DNA of 64,000 bases from Eledone cirrhosa (Eukaryota). The stretch covers positions 50,902,001 to 50,966,000 of the forward strand of contig OZ024751.1 of the NCBI GenBank assembly GCA_964016885.1, written 5' to 3'. Both the position numbers and the translations under genes were made by a program. The notes under the pieces are model-generated. The model did no database searches, was not told the DNA's origin, and saw nothing but the letters and a program-made list of their open reading frames with translations. Below, in pieces: positions 1 through 12,510 of the stretch (positions are counted from its first letter, which is position 1; each line of letters opens with the position of its first letter).

Positions 1-203
1 ACACAGCTAACGACACTACAATAAAGATATATATTAGTTTAACACTTGATAGAGTAGGAAAAGAGTCTTAATGTTTCAGAAGACAAAATGAGAAATAAAA
101 GAAAAACAGAAAGATAGAGGAGAGTGAGAAGAGGAAGAAACGGAAAAACTCAAGTCACTATTAATAACAAACATATGAGAGAGCTTCTCTATGTGTTCAC
201 TCA

Positions 204-365
204 AACCTTTTGTTAACAGTTTTAATGAAAGACACTTTCTATGATTCTCAAATCATTTTGAAAATAATCAAAAATTTCGAGGGATTAAGTTAAAAATCAA
301 ACTTTCTCATTATTAAATTGGTGTAAGTAACATAAAAGTTTTACATAAAATAATGATGGAAGGTT

Positions 366-405
<40 letters not shown>

Positions 406-476
406 ATTTAAAAATATATAGTTTTGTATCCTCGAACCAAGGGCAGTTTCAGGCAGTTTGGTATCAAAAGGGTTAA
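204..476 (-). mobile_element. Old TTAA-flanked piggyBac-like MITE (family A)
   Basis: Ends ...ggtatcaaaaggg|ttaa; internal similarity to 6318-6754 and 50186-50630. Confidence 0.5.
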
Positions 477-1089
477 AAATACATGGAGATGTTGGATAAT
501 GCAGTCCAAGATATATTATATCTGAAAAATAATTTACTCACGAGTGAGTAATTACTTCCATATAGAGTACACATGATGACAATGATAATGATTGTGATGA
601 TGCTGGTAGTTATGATTGTAATGTTATGACAGTAAGGTTAAGTGACTGAAATAAAAATACTTATTTTTGTCAAGTACTCTTAACAGTCATCTAATACTCT
701 TAACAGTCATCTAATACTCTTAACAAGACTCTTAACCAATACCACTGAGACCATCTTCACCATCATTACAGACTACGCCAACACCGTCATTGACAACACT
801 ACCACCATCATCATCATTGCTATAACCGAGACCATCACCATCGCCCATACCACCACCACTATCCTTACCAAAACAGACTACCACCGCCACTATCATCACC
901 GTCCTTACCAAGACTACCACTATCACCATCATTAAGACTACCAATACCACTATCATCACCATCATTAAGACCACCAATACCACTATCATCTCCAAGACCA
1001 CCACCAATACCACTATCATCTCCAAGACCACCACCAACACCATAAATTTATAATGAAAAATTAAAACTGAAATAAGCAACAACAACTAC

Positions 1090-1195
1090 CTTTAACATAT
1101 TAAGAATCTTGATACTGAGATTGTAGTCAAAGTTGCCATATTTAGAATCAGTCATATCATATATAAAGACCAGGCCATGTTTTTGTGTTTCAAAA
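1090..1195 (-). CDS. PTPN9: PTPN9/MEG2-like phosphatase, Sec14/CRAL-TRIO exon (4th exon found; gene continues beyond the window start)
   Basis: ttgcag acceptor and gtagtt donor; 106 bp; reads (S)FETQKHGLVFIYDMTDSKYGNFDYNLSIKILNMLK, resembling PTPN9 SFETQRNGLVFIYDM..NF..L..K.LNLLK; phase matches the preceding exon. Confidence 0.9.
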
Positions 1196-1259
1196 CTGCA
1201 ACAGAAAACAAATTATATACATATGTATTAATAACATATAATTATAAAAATAATGACTT

Positions 1260-1990
1260 ATCATTCATGCCGGGTTTCCTCAGACAACATTGATAATTAT
1301 ACTTCTCCACTTGGCCCTATCCAGCAGGGCTTCCATGAGTTCCTTCCAAGATTTGTGTCTTTACAAACTCGATCCAGGAACATAACATGAGGCCAACCTC
1401 TTGTTCTTCTACCATGTGTGGTTTCCCATAGCAGTAACTGGTATAATGCCTCTGCCTGATCTCTTCGCCATACATGACCTATGTGACAGTCTTCTAGCCT
1501 TTATGATGTCTCTAATCAGTCTGAGTTCACTGTATAGAGACTCATTTGTTCTGTGCTCCCTCCAAGATGCACTTTCCTTAGTAGTCTTGTATATGTGCCA
1601 TCTAACCGTCTTTCCATCTCTTTTGAGAGTGTCCAGCACTTCGCTTCATACACAAGAACACTTTCAATTGTTCATTGAAAGAACTTAACCTTTGGTTTGG
1701 TGTTGAAGTTTGATTTCCAAATGACATTCATTTTGTTTGTAACTGTTCAGACTAAGTTAATTCTAGAGCTCATTTCTTTTTCTGAGGTGTTGATCCGCGA
1801 ACCAAGATAACTAAAATCCTCAATGTTTTTTTCCATTTTATGACACAAATGGTTGTCTGCAATATATTCCATCTTCTCATTTATGTAAAGTCCAATTGTT
1901 TCGCAAAGGGATGTAACCCTATGCGATAAAGCATGTTGTCCAAAGCTTAATAATAATAATGATTTATTTATGAGCAATACAGGGCTCACA
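1260..1990 (-). mobile_element. Degenerate RTE-type LINE 3' fragment
   Basis: Broken frames EDFSYLGSRINTSEKEMSSRI and SWREHRTNESLYSEL..I.DIIKARRL, typical of the RTE C-terminal region. Confidence 0.65.
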
Positions 1991-3051
1991 TAAAGAAAAC
2001 ATTAAAGAAGATACAGGACAATACAAGATGGATTTCAAATCCCACAGAGATTAGCTTCACCTATCATCGTTACATGGCCAATAAAATAAAGCACCAGTAA
2101 TACACTGGTGTCGATTTAATCAACTTTCCCCCCTCCCCTAATATTGTTGGCCTTGTGCCTAAATCAGAAACCATTATTTAATCTAAACTGATTTATTCAG
2201 ACTAGTTTCCTTGTCTTGTTTATTATAACCCCAACATCTCAGCTCTCGTATCCCTCCATCTTCAGAGGAATTATTATTATACACTAATTTATTCAAACTA
2301 GTGTTCCCACCTTGGTTGTGTAATAGTTTCAGTTGTTGTATCCTCTGGTCTTCTTCAGATGCCTCTTGTATTCAGTTATCTTCTTAAAAGTTTCAATTGA
2401 CCTCTTGATTCCACCCACAAAGGTAGTTCTTATTCTGATGTCCATGCCCAGGATACTTTTGTATTAGTTACTTTTAGTTATTTGTGATGTTGCTTGCCTG
2501 TTCCACTTAAACTAGACTGTGTGTATGTGTGTATATATATTTATATATACACACTGTAAATGTTGTTGGTATTAGGAAGGGCATCCAGCCATAGAAACCA
2601 ATCCAGAAACAGTTCTGTATGAGCAAGACACAGTCACAACTTGTCTCAAACGAGACAATCAGTCTAACCCATGCTTGCATGGAAAATGGATGTTAAACGA
2701 TCATGATTATATATATATGTTCAACGCATGCAAACGTGGAACAGTAGATGTAAAATGATGAAATGATATAGGTATGTGTGGGCATTGAAATATCTCTACC
2801 AAAAACACCCCAGTTTCAAGATAATATTTCTTCAAATCCTGGATAACGATATGCCCAGTATTACAATAGCATTCCTTTAATAGAGTAAAATGTTTTGAAG
2901 AAACATTATTGCATACCAGACACACCATTATCCAAGACTTAAAGAATCATTATTTCAAAACCAGCTGTACCATTACTTACTATCTCTTTGAAAGTAGAAC
3001 GAAACAATTTAAAGGAACATTATTTCAATACTGGACATAGCATTATCTATA

Positions 3052-3245
3052 GCAGGGTTTCCCAAACTTCTTCAAACGTAGAACCCTTTTTGGTTTGGAA
3101 ACTTTTGGAGGAACCTCAAAGTCTAATACTGTTATAAGGTCATAATGTAAATATACTCCACTACCCTTTTTCCCTTTTTCACAGAACCTTGGACACTTGT
3201 ATGTGGAACCCTTTGGTTCCATGGAACCCACTTTGGGATCTGCAG
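3052..3245. mobile_element. Degenerate hAT-like MITE
   Basis: Begins cagggtttcccaaac; decayed right end ...actttgggatctg. Confidence 0.4.
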
Positions 3246-3279
3246 TAATGTACGTTTGAAAATAGAGTAAAGTGATTTT

Positions 3280-3460
3280 AACAAACATTATTTCAATACT
3301 GGACATAGCATTATCTAGTGTGTATCTTTGAAAACATTATTTCAATACTGGATATAGCATTATCTACAGTGTGTATCTTTGAAAACATTATTTCAATACT
3401 GGATATAGCGTTATCTACAGTGTGTATCTTTGAAAACATTTCAATACTGGACATAGCGTT
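3280..3460. repeat. ~48-bp tandem repeat, about 4 copies
   Basis: Repeated aacattatttcaatactggayatagcrttatctacagtgtgtatctttgaa. Confidence 0.85.
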
Positions 3461-3754
3461 AACTAATGTTCCTTTGAAAACTTCACACATACATGATACA
3501 ATAACAATTACAACAGCACCATAGTAATGCAGGGAACAATGTGTTTAAAGGTGCAACAAAGTGCATTGCAGTGAAGGGTGGTTAAAATATATCGAAGTTT
3601 TGCAGCACAAAAATTTCTCTTTCTATTTGCTAAGGAAAGGGGTGGGGGAAGATTAAAATAATTTTTTTTTTTGTTGCTGCATTAATTTCATTTTTTATTC
3701 ATTCATTCATTTATTTATTATTTCCTTGAATTTATTTTTTCCAGTCAGTCTTAC

Positions 3755-3879
3755 CTTTCTAAAGCAGCATCCAACTGATATATTAGCGCCTTGAGAACAT
3801 TCTGGTGAGAAGTGAGGTTAGGAAAGTGAAATCGTGCAGTGAAAAGGGCTATGGCAGCTCCACCACTATCACGGCCACC
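3755..3879 (-). CDS. PTPN9: PTPN9-like exon (3rd found)
   Basis: cttag acceptor and gtaag donor; 125 bp; GGRDSGGAAIALFTARFHFPNLTSHQNVLKALIYQLDAALE, resembling PTPN9 RD..GASIALFTARLH.P....H.VL.AL.Y.LD.A. Confidence 0.9.
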
Positions 3880-3995
3880 CTAAGTGGTTAGAAAGAAAAG
3901 AAAAAAAGAAAAAGAAAAGAAAAAAAAGAAAAATGGAACAAAATAACAGAAAACAAGTTTTAAGAGGACAGACAGGAGAAAACGAAATTTAAAAG

Positions 3996-4035
<40 letters not shown>

Positions 4036-4064
4036 GCATGCACACGCATACATATATATATATA

Positions 4065-4140
4065 CAGGCTGTCCCCAAAAGAATGTATACACATATCTAT
4101 TAGAATACTGTTGAAGTGTGTATACATTTTTTGGGACACC

Positions 4141-4143
<3 letters not shown>
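4065..4143. mobile_element. Tiny Tc1/mariner-type MITE
   Basis: caggctgtccccaaaa...ttttgggacaccctg inverted ends within (TA)n. Confidence 0.65.
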
Positions 4144-4183
<40 letters not shown>

Positions 4184-4942
4184 TGTATGCAAATATATAC
4201 ACATACATACATACAAACATATATGCATACAACAAAAAACAAATATATATATATGAAATTAGGTGAGAGGAAAATGATAACATGCAATAATGGCTGATAA
4301 ATCAGGTGACTACGAATGATAATAATAATAATAATAACAATAATAATATTTTATAATTTAGGAACAAGGCCAGCATTGGGGGGGGGGGGGGGGGGCACTG
4401 TATTGACTTTCCAGTACTTGACTGGTACTTTATTTTTGTTGACCTCGGAAGGATGAAAGGTAAAGAATGATGGAAGGAACAGATATAGCTAAAGTAAGTT
4501 TGTTTTGAAACAGCAAGAGAAGTTTGAAATAGAAACTTTCACTAAAGAAATTTTAGCCCAATTGTGGGGTTTAAAACCCTTTAAAAAAATAGAAAAAGAT
4601 CAGTATTGACGTACATCAATACTCATCTTTTTCCATTTCTGAGAGGATTTTAAACCCCAACTATCAGGTTAAAATTTCTTTAGTCCATAAATACGGCAAA
4701 AGCTTCAATTTCTAAATATAGCTACTGATTCTGCCAATCGTTTTTGACTCAAGTAATAATAATAATAATTTTTATAGCAAAATGCAGGTGTCATATGACA
4801 ACCACTTTACACTAGATTTGTTTGGGAAATGGTGATTTATATCTTCCTCCCTTCCTCAGTCACAGCAGTGTTGAGAAGATGATTAATAATCAAACAACTA
4901 TCTATAGATACTGACCTATGTTTCTATCAATCTTTATATGCA

Positions 4943-4980
<38 letters not shown>

Positions 4981-4983
<3 letters not shown>

Positions 4984-5243
4984 GGTGCGGACGATATTTG
5001 TTCGCAATTTTCAACTGCTAATTTTATGCAAATTTTTTTTACTTACGTTGTCACTCGTCTTCATAAAAACAGTGACTATATTTCCATTATTTATTTTCAG
5101 AATAATTGATTTGAATAATTTTGAACCTCCAAATTTGCATGAAGACAAACTGACCCAAGTTTGATAAATAAATCTTAAAAAATAAAACTACTGTTATTTT
5201 TTCCTAGACAGTAATCTTGCGAACAAATATCGTCCGCACCCTG
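4981..5243. mobile_element. Tc1/mariner-type MITE
   Basis: Perfect 27-bp TIRs (cagggtgcggacgatatttgttcgcaa) flanked by TA. Confidence 0.9.
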
Positions 5244-5251
5244 TATATATA

Positions 5252-5526
5252 TATTTATTAAAATAACAGATTAAAGTTTTCCACGAACCAAAGTATCGTC
5301 TTCCTGTCTTCCTCCGGTTGCAACGTTTTTTGAAATATCCACTTCTGCGTTTACAGATTGACTTTGTTAGTTTCAGAAGATCACGTTAAGGGTGAAAGCA
5401 GCGATTCTTTGCTTAAACTTTAATCTGTTATTTTAATAAATATTTGCTCTACGGTTCTTATATATTTGATCTATATTTATCCTTATCGAGCCCTCTTTGA
5501 ATTTTAGTCTTCAAATTTATTATTAT

Positions 5527-5530
<4 letters not shown>
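5252..5530. mobile_element. Non-coding repeat, probable Penelope-like pseudo-LTR relic (family 2); other copies at 21522-21640 and 60515-60627
   Basis: Inverted atttattaaaataacagattaaagttt / aaactttaatctgttattttaataaat, then a shared 3' block ...ttttagtcttcaaattt(att)n; all copies lie in (TA)n. Confidence 0.5.
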
Positions 5531-5562
<32 letters not shown>

Positions 5563-6421
5563 CAAACCCATGCTAGTGTTGAAATGAACCATAAATCTAT
5601 CTATTTATTTATCTGTCAGTCTGCCTGGACCACTGTCTGTCTATCTAGCTATCTAGTCCATTTACATACGCCTATATTTATCTACCTACCTACTTCTATG
5701 TATCTGTCTGTCTATAGTTACCTATATATGCATATTTACCACTGTATCTATCCGACAACAACAACGAGGAACAAATCTCAACAGCAATCCAAAGATAGAC
5801 CAATACATAAGTAGAACAAAGCCAATATAATTCAGTGGATATATGTTGGATATTGATTAAAGAAAATACAAAAGAAAATTATTGTAATTGATTAAAAATG
5901 AATGTAAAATGAAATACAGTGATGACTTGAGTGACAAGAAGGAGAAGGTCAAGGAAAATCAAGGATTCAAGCATCTTTAAATAGAATGTTGTAATCAAGA
6001 ATTTATCAAATTAAATATTTCTACTATAAAACCCGTCATTTTTTATGGGTATTATGCTAGTAATATTATGAACACAAAAATGAAGATTTAAGTCTGGAAC
6101 TAAAAACAAAATCTTTTCAACGGCAATAGTTATGATAAATGCAAGATACTGGCAAGTTTTATAACTAGGGACATGTGTGGCCTTTGTGATTATAATAATG
6201 ATAACATCAAACAGATGGGATGAAGAAAACATGATCCTACCAATGACAAGAGTTTTCCCCGCTACCAATAATAGCCCCCAACTGCCCAGTCCATCCATCC
6301 ACACCCAGTTGACATAACCCTTTAGTTGCCAACCCAGCCAACACCCAGTTATGACTCTACGAAATAAAATCACCCATTTTAAAGGTTTCCAACATAATTT
6401 CATGTAATAACCTTACATTAA

Positions 6422-6640
6422 CCCTTTAGCATTCAAACCAGCTGTATCCAGTCAGAATTCTCTCTCACCTCCTTCTGTTCAAACCGGCCATAACCAGCCC
6501 CTCATACTGACATTAAGATATTTTTCTCAAAATAAAATCGAATCTATGAAATGTTGATATTTATGTGAAATAATTATCTGAGATAAAGCCTTTACTGCAA
6601 AAATACAATAGTAAATATACAGTAATGGAATACTAAAAGG
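6422..6640. mobile_element. piggyBac-like MITE family B nested in a family A element (6318-6754)
   Basis: ttaa|ccctttagcatt...tactaaaagg|ttaa. Confidence 0.75.
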
Positions 6641-7010
6641 TTAAGTTAATATCTTAGTAATAAAATAATTGATAATTTTAGTAAATTTCCTCAGAATTAT
6701 TCATTAACTAATTGAAATATAGTGTATTTCATTAGAAATATGGTCATGAAAGGGTTAATTAACAGTAGATGTGAGATTTAATCTGTCCCCTGCTTGAACT
6801 TTGCTAACATTTGAGCTAGGTCTCTGGTTTTGAAGATACCTTCTCTCTCTCATCACAACTAGAACCAACACCCAAACTATAAACACCACCACAAGTACCA
6901 CCCCCACTATCACAACTACTCACACCACAAGATCCTATCCCCCCTCCCAAGATACTGAGGTGATGATGCATACTAAAACAGCAATAACAACAACTAAGAA
7001 AACAACTTAC

Positions 7011-7100
7011 CAATATTGTGAACTTCTCTGTCTGCAATTCTTCTTGCAGGAATTTGTCATGTATATCGAGATAGAGTAAATTTTCACCTTCTCTCGTTAA
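7011..7100 (-). CDS. PTPN9: PTPN9-like exon (2nd found)
   Basis: tccag acceptor and gtaagt donor; 90 bp, phase 0/0; LTREGENLLYLDIHDKFLQEELQTEKFTIL. Confidence 0.88.
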
Positions 7101-7927
7101 CTGGACAAGGATACAAATAACAGACTACCATTAAAAAAACAATGGAAACTACAATACAATGTGTGTGTGTGAAGGGAAATAACTCAGGCCATAAAATTCA
7201 CTGAATTGCAGGCCTCTTTTGAATATCAATAGCTTGAGTGATTTCTTTTTCTTTTGTTATTGTTTTTTTTTTTTGAAAACTCCATTAATCTTATTAGTAT
7301 TTGGATTTATACCATGAAAAGCCCACAAATAGCTATAAAACATCATCATTTAACGTTTATTTTTTCACACTTGCATGGGTTAGACAGGTTGTCACGTTAT
7401 GAGACAAGTAAAGTCCAAAGACCACATCTTGTTCATAGGGATCTGTATTTTAGCTTGATTTCTAGAAACCCTTCCTAACACCAACTACATTACAGTGTCG
7501 ATTAGGTGCTTTTTGTCATATCGCTAACCTGACCACCTTACAGGATGGACTGGGCAATTTTTGTCGTGTCACCAACACAACCAACTTACAGGACGGATTG
7601 GGTATCTTTTGTTGTGGCACCAGATCATGTAGGGTGGACTTAATACTTTTTGTCATGGCAACATCATTGTGGGAGATTAGATGTAGAATGTGTCCAGCTT
7701 TCATACTTGTATGTGTGGGCTGCACAGGTGGGATGTATCAAGGATGAGGGGGGACAAGTAAGCAAGTTCAACACACATATATATATATATACATACATAC
7801 ACACAAACACACACATACATACATATATACACACACATACAGAGAAAAAGACAGACAGACAGGATGAGAAATCAGAAAGTAAGATCCATATATAAAATAA
7901 AGAGATTTTTTTTTTTTTTTTACTTAC

Positions 7928-8071
7928 TTGGTGACATCTGTATAAATCTAAAGCTCTGCGGATGTCAAACTTGCGGGCCATAAGAAACTTAACTGCCGTT
8001 TTCCAGGGTAATGGCTGTTTGCCATTTTGGATGTAATAGTAGTTGACCTCCTCAATAAACTTCTTCACTTT
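7928..8071 (-). CDS. PTPN9: PTPN9-like exon (1st found; CRAL-TRIO N-terminal part; start exon not located)
   Basis: ttttcag acceptor and gtaagt donor; 144 bp; KVKKFIEEVNYYYIQNGKQPLPWKTAVKFLMARKFDIRRALDLYRCHQ contains the AVKFLMARKFD motif of PTPN9. Confidence 0.9.
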
Positions 8072-8701
8072 CTGAAAAGAGACAATGTTGAGGTTCTGTT
8101 AGTGACCTGGCTGGTATAGGAAGGTGCTGGAGGTCAGTAAACAAGGGATCTGTTACACATGCAAGGGTATAAAAAGGGTGATAAATATTTGGCAAGTTCA
8201 TGTAATCAGCTAACACACTTATGAAAATAAGGTGTGGGTTTGATTCCCACACATGCTGATGCCCATTTTTTTTTTTTCTGTTCAGGGGTCTTATATGCCT
8301 GTTTATTATTATTGGCAGTTTCGGTAGAGTGTCCGGCAATAGGCTTTATGACATATAGTTACGGCTCTTTACGTTCTCAGTTAAAATCCCGCCATTGTTA
8401 GCTTTGTCTGTCATTCTTACAGGGCCGATAGAATAAAGTACCAGTAACTCAGTGGAGTTGATATAATCAACTTTTCTCTCTCCAAAAATGTTGGCACTCT
8501 GCCTAAATCAAAAACCATTATTTAACTATTTTTGGTAGTCAAAAATACAAAATGTTGAGGAAGAAATACAGCGAGAGAGAAACTGTGCGTGAAGATATCA
8601 CCACAGTAACTAACGACACACAAAGTGACGCTTTCTTGCTGGTACCCCCAGCTTGTTGTCAATCGCTGTTGCCAACTTGCATATTTGTTACTCGAGACTC
8701 C

Positions 8702-8774
8702 AGTGTGTGTGTCTGTGTGTGTCTGTGTGTGTGTCTGTGTGTGTGTGTGTGTGTGTGTCTGTGTGTGTGTGTGT

Positions 8775-8806
<32 letters not shown>

Positions 8807-10278
8807 CTGTGTGTGTGTGTCTGTGTGTGTGTGTCTGTGTGTGTGTGTCTGTGTGTGTGTGTCTGTGTCTGTGTGTGTGTGTCTGTGTGTCTGTGTCTGT
8901 GTCTGTGTTTGTTTCTGTGTTTGTGTCTGTGTCTGTGTTTGTTTCTGTGTTTGTGTCTGTTTCTGTGTTTGTTTCTGTGTTTGTGTCTGTTTCTGTGTTT
9001 GTGTCTGTTTCTGTGTTTGTGTCTGTTTCTGTGTCTGTCTCTGTGTTTGTGTCTGTCTCTGTGTTTGTGTCTGTCTCTGTGTTTGTGTCTGTCTCTGTGT
9101 CTGTGTCTGTCTCTGTGTCTGTGTCTGTCTCTGTGTCTGTGTCTGTCTCTGTGTCTGTGTCTGTCTCTGTGTCTGTGTGTGTCTGTGTTTGTGTCTGTGT
9201 TTGTGTCTGTGTCTGTGTCTGTGTTTGTGTCTGTGTCTGTCTGTGTGTCTGTCTGTGTGTCTGTGTGTGTCTGTGTGTGTGTCTGTCTGTCTGTGTGTGT
9301 CTGTCTGTCTGTGTGTGTCTGTGTGTGTGTCTGTCTGTCTGTGTGTGTCTGTGTGTGTGTCTGTCTGTCTGTGTGTGTCTGTGTGTGTCTGTGTCTGTGT
9401 GTGTCTGTGTCTGTGTCTGTGTCTGTCTGTCTGTCTGTGTGTCTGTCTGTGTGTCTGTCTGTGTGTCTGTGTGTGTGTCTGTGTGTGTGTCTGTGTGTGT
9501 GTCTGTGTGTGTGTCTGTGTGTGTGTCTGTCTGTGTGTGTGTCTGTCTGTGTGTGTGTCTGTCTGTGTGTGTGTCTGTCTGTGTGTGTGTCTGTCTGTGT
9601 GTGTGTCTGTCTGTGTGTGTGTCTGTCTGTGTGTGTGTCTGTCTGTGTGTGTGTCTGTCTGTGTGTGTGTCTGTCTGTGTGTGTGTCTGTCTGTGTGTGT
9701 GTCTGTCTGTGTGTGTGTGTCTGTGTGTGTGTGTGTGTGTCTGTGTGTGTGTCTGTGTGTGTCTGTGTCTGTGTGTGTGTCTGTGTCTGTGTGTGTGTCT
9801 GTGTCTGTGTGTGTGTGTCTGTGTCTGTGTGTGTGTCTGTGTCTGTGTGTGTGTCTGTGTCTGTGTGTGTGTGTCTGTGTCTGTGTGTGTGTCTGTGTCT
9901 GTGTGTGTGTCTGTGTCTGTGTGTGTGTCTGTGTGTGTGTCTGTGTCTGTGTGTGTGTCTGTGTCTGTGTGTGTGTCTGTGTGTGTGTGTGTCTGTGTGT
10001 GTCTGTGTGTGTGTGTCTGTGTCTGTGTCTGTGTCTGTGTCTGTGTGTGTGTCTCTGTCTGTGTGTGTGTCTCTGTCTGTGTGTGTGTCTCTGTCTGTGT
10101 GTGTGTCTCTGTCTGTGTGTGTGTCTCTGTCTGTGTGTGTGTCTCTGTCTGTGTGTGTGTCTCTGTCTGTGTGTGTGTCTCTGTCTGTGTGTGTGTCTCT
10201 GTCTGTGTGTGTGTCTCTGTCTGTGTGTGTGTCTCTGTCTGTGTGTGTGTCTCTGTCTGTGTGTGTGTCTCTGTCTCT
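8702..10278. repeat. Compound (GT)n/(GTCT)n microsatellite, ~1.6 kb
   Basis: Seen directly; blocks of higher-order 6-30 bp units. Confidence 0.97.
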
Positions 10279-10302
10279 GATGTATGCATATATATATTAT
10301 AT

Positions 10303-10527
10303 ATCATCATCATCATTTTACATCCGCTTTTCTCTGCTTCCAAGGGTTGGATTGGTCTCATTCAGCACAGCATCACTCCACTTGTCATCGACCTTCGCCG
10401 TGAGTTTCACCAATTTGAGGTCTGCTCTCACCACCTCCGCCCATGCTTTTCGTTGTCTACCTCTACTGCGTCTTCCTGCTACTGGGAATTCTTGGCACTT
10501 CTTTACCCAGCGGTCATCCTCCATGCT
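10303..10527 (-). mobile_element. RTE LINE family A, short 3' fragment
   Basis: [28 protein letters not shown]... followed by a (GAT)n tail; similar to 12511-12740. Confidence 0.9.
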
Positions 10528-10552
10528 ATGTATGTATATATATATATATATG

Positions 10553-10585
<33 letters not shown>

Positions 10586-11495
10586 ATATATATATATATA
10601 TATATATATATGTTATATATATATATATATATATATATATGTTATATATATATATATATATATATATGTTATATATATATATATATATATATATATGTTA
10701 TATATATATATATATATATATATGTTATATATATATATATATATATATATGTTATATATATATGTTATATATATATATATATATATGTTATATATATATG
10801 TTATATATATATATATATATATATGTTATATATATATATATATATATATATGTTATATATATATGTTATATATATATATATATATATATGTTATATATAT
10901 ATATATATATATATGTTATATATATATATATATATATATGTTATATATATATATATATATATATATGTTATATATATATATATATGTTATATATATATAT
11001 ATATATATATGTTATATATATATATATATATATATGTTATATATATATATATATATATATGTTATATATATATATATGTTATATATATATATATATATGT
11101 TATATATATATATATATATATATATATGTTATATATATATATATATATATGTTATATATATATATATATATATATATATGTTATATATATATATATATAT
11201 ATGTTATATATATATATATATATATATGTTATATATATATATATATATTATATATATATATATATATATATGTTATATATATATATATATGTTATATATA
11301 TATGTTATATATATATATATGTTATATATATATATATATATTATATATATATATATATATATATGTTATATATATATATATATGTTATATATATATGTTA
11401 TATATATATATATATATTATATATATATATATATATATATGTTATATATATATATATATGTTATATATATATGTTATATATATATATATATATAT
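10528..11495. repeat. TGT(TA)n compound microsatellite
   Basis: Seen directly. Confidence 0.97.
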
Positions 11496-11987
11496 AGGCA
11501 GACCCAGAAAAACCTGGGACGAGCTGATAAACACCAACCTCACACACTTACACCTCACCAAGACAATGTCACTGGACAGAGACCTTTGGCGGTACTCAGT
11601 AATAGAGAAGACCCGCCTTGCCAGTAGGCATCTCTAACAAAATACACCCCGTCCCACCACCACCACCCCCACCCCATCCACACCACCCCGTTCTATGTAA
11701 AGTTATGTTGGTGCCGCGCCATCCAGGCCGAAACAAATGAGATCGTGTAGGTGTCACGACAAAAAAACACAGTCCACGCTGTAATGTGGCCGTGTAGGCA
11801 ACACGGTAAAAACCTCCCAGACCCACACTGTAAATGTGGTTGGTGTTAGGAAGGGCATCCAACTGTAGAAAACCTGCCAGACAGTCCTATGCGAGCAAGA
11901 CAATCACTCTTGCCTCAAGTGGGACTACCCCCGTCCAAACCCATGCAAGCGTGGAACACGGACGTTAAACGTTGATGATGATGATGA
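11496..11987 (+). mobile_element. RTE LINE family B, 3' fragment
   Basis: [37 protein letters not shown], then 3' UTR and (GAT)n tail. Confidence 0.9.
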
Positions 11988-12510
11988 TATATATATGCTA
12001 TGTATCCATATATATATATATGCTATGTATGCATATATATATATATGCTTGTATGCATATATATATATATGCTATGTATGCATATATATATATATGCTAT
12101 GTATGCATATATATATATATGCTATGTATGCATATATATATATATATATGCTATGTATGCATATATATGCTATGTATGCATATATATATATGCTATGTAT
12201 GCATATATATATATATATGCTATGTATGCAAATATATATATATATATGCTATGTATGCAAATATATATATATATGCTATGTATGCATATATATATATATG
12301 CTATGTATGCATATATATATATGCTATGTATGCATATATATATATATGTTATGTATGCATATATATATATATGTTATGTATGCATATATATATATATGTT
12401 ATGTATGCATATATATGTTATGTTATGTATGCATATATATATATATATATATATATATTATGTATGCATATATATATATATATATATTTATGTTATGTAT
12501 GCATATATAT
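11988..12510. repeat. TG(C/T)TATGTATGCA(TA)n compound repeat
   Basis: Seen directly. Confidence 0.95.

Noticed and set aside
732-1085. Val-rich ORF
   Set aside because: Low-complexity (CAC/CAT)n intronic sequence next to a PTPN9 exon
5370-5405. Possible hammerhead (cagaaga-tcac..gtg-aaa)
   Set aside because: Core mismatch (CAGA rather than CUGA) and no clear stem I or cleavage triplet
8552-11637. Long ORFs of 394-994 aa (CV/IY-rich), and similar ORFs at 11972-12630, 14764-15672 and 20858-21544
   Set aside because: Translations of (GT)n/(TA)n microsatellites, open in several frames; not genes
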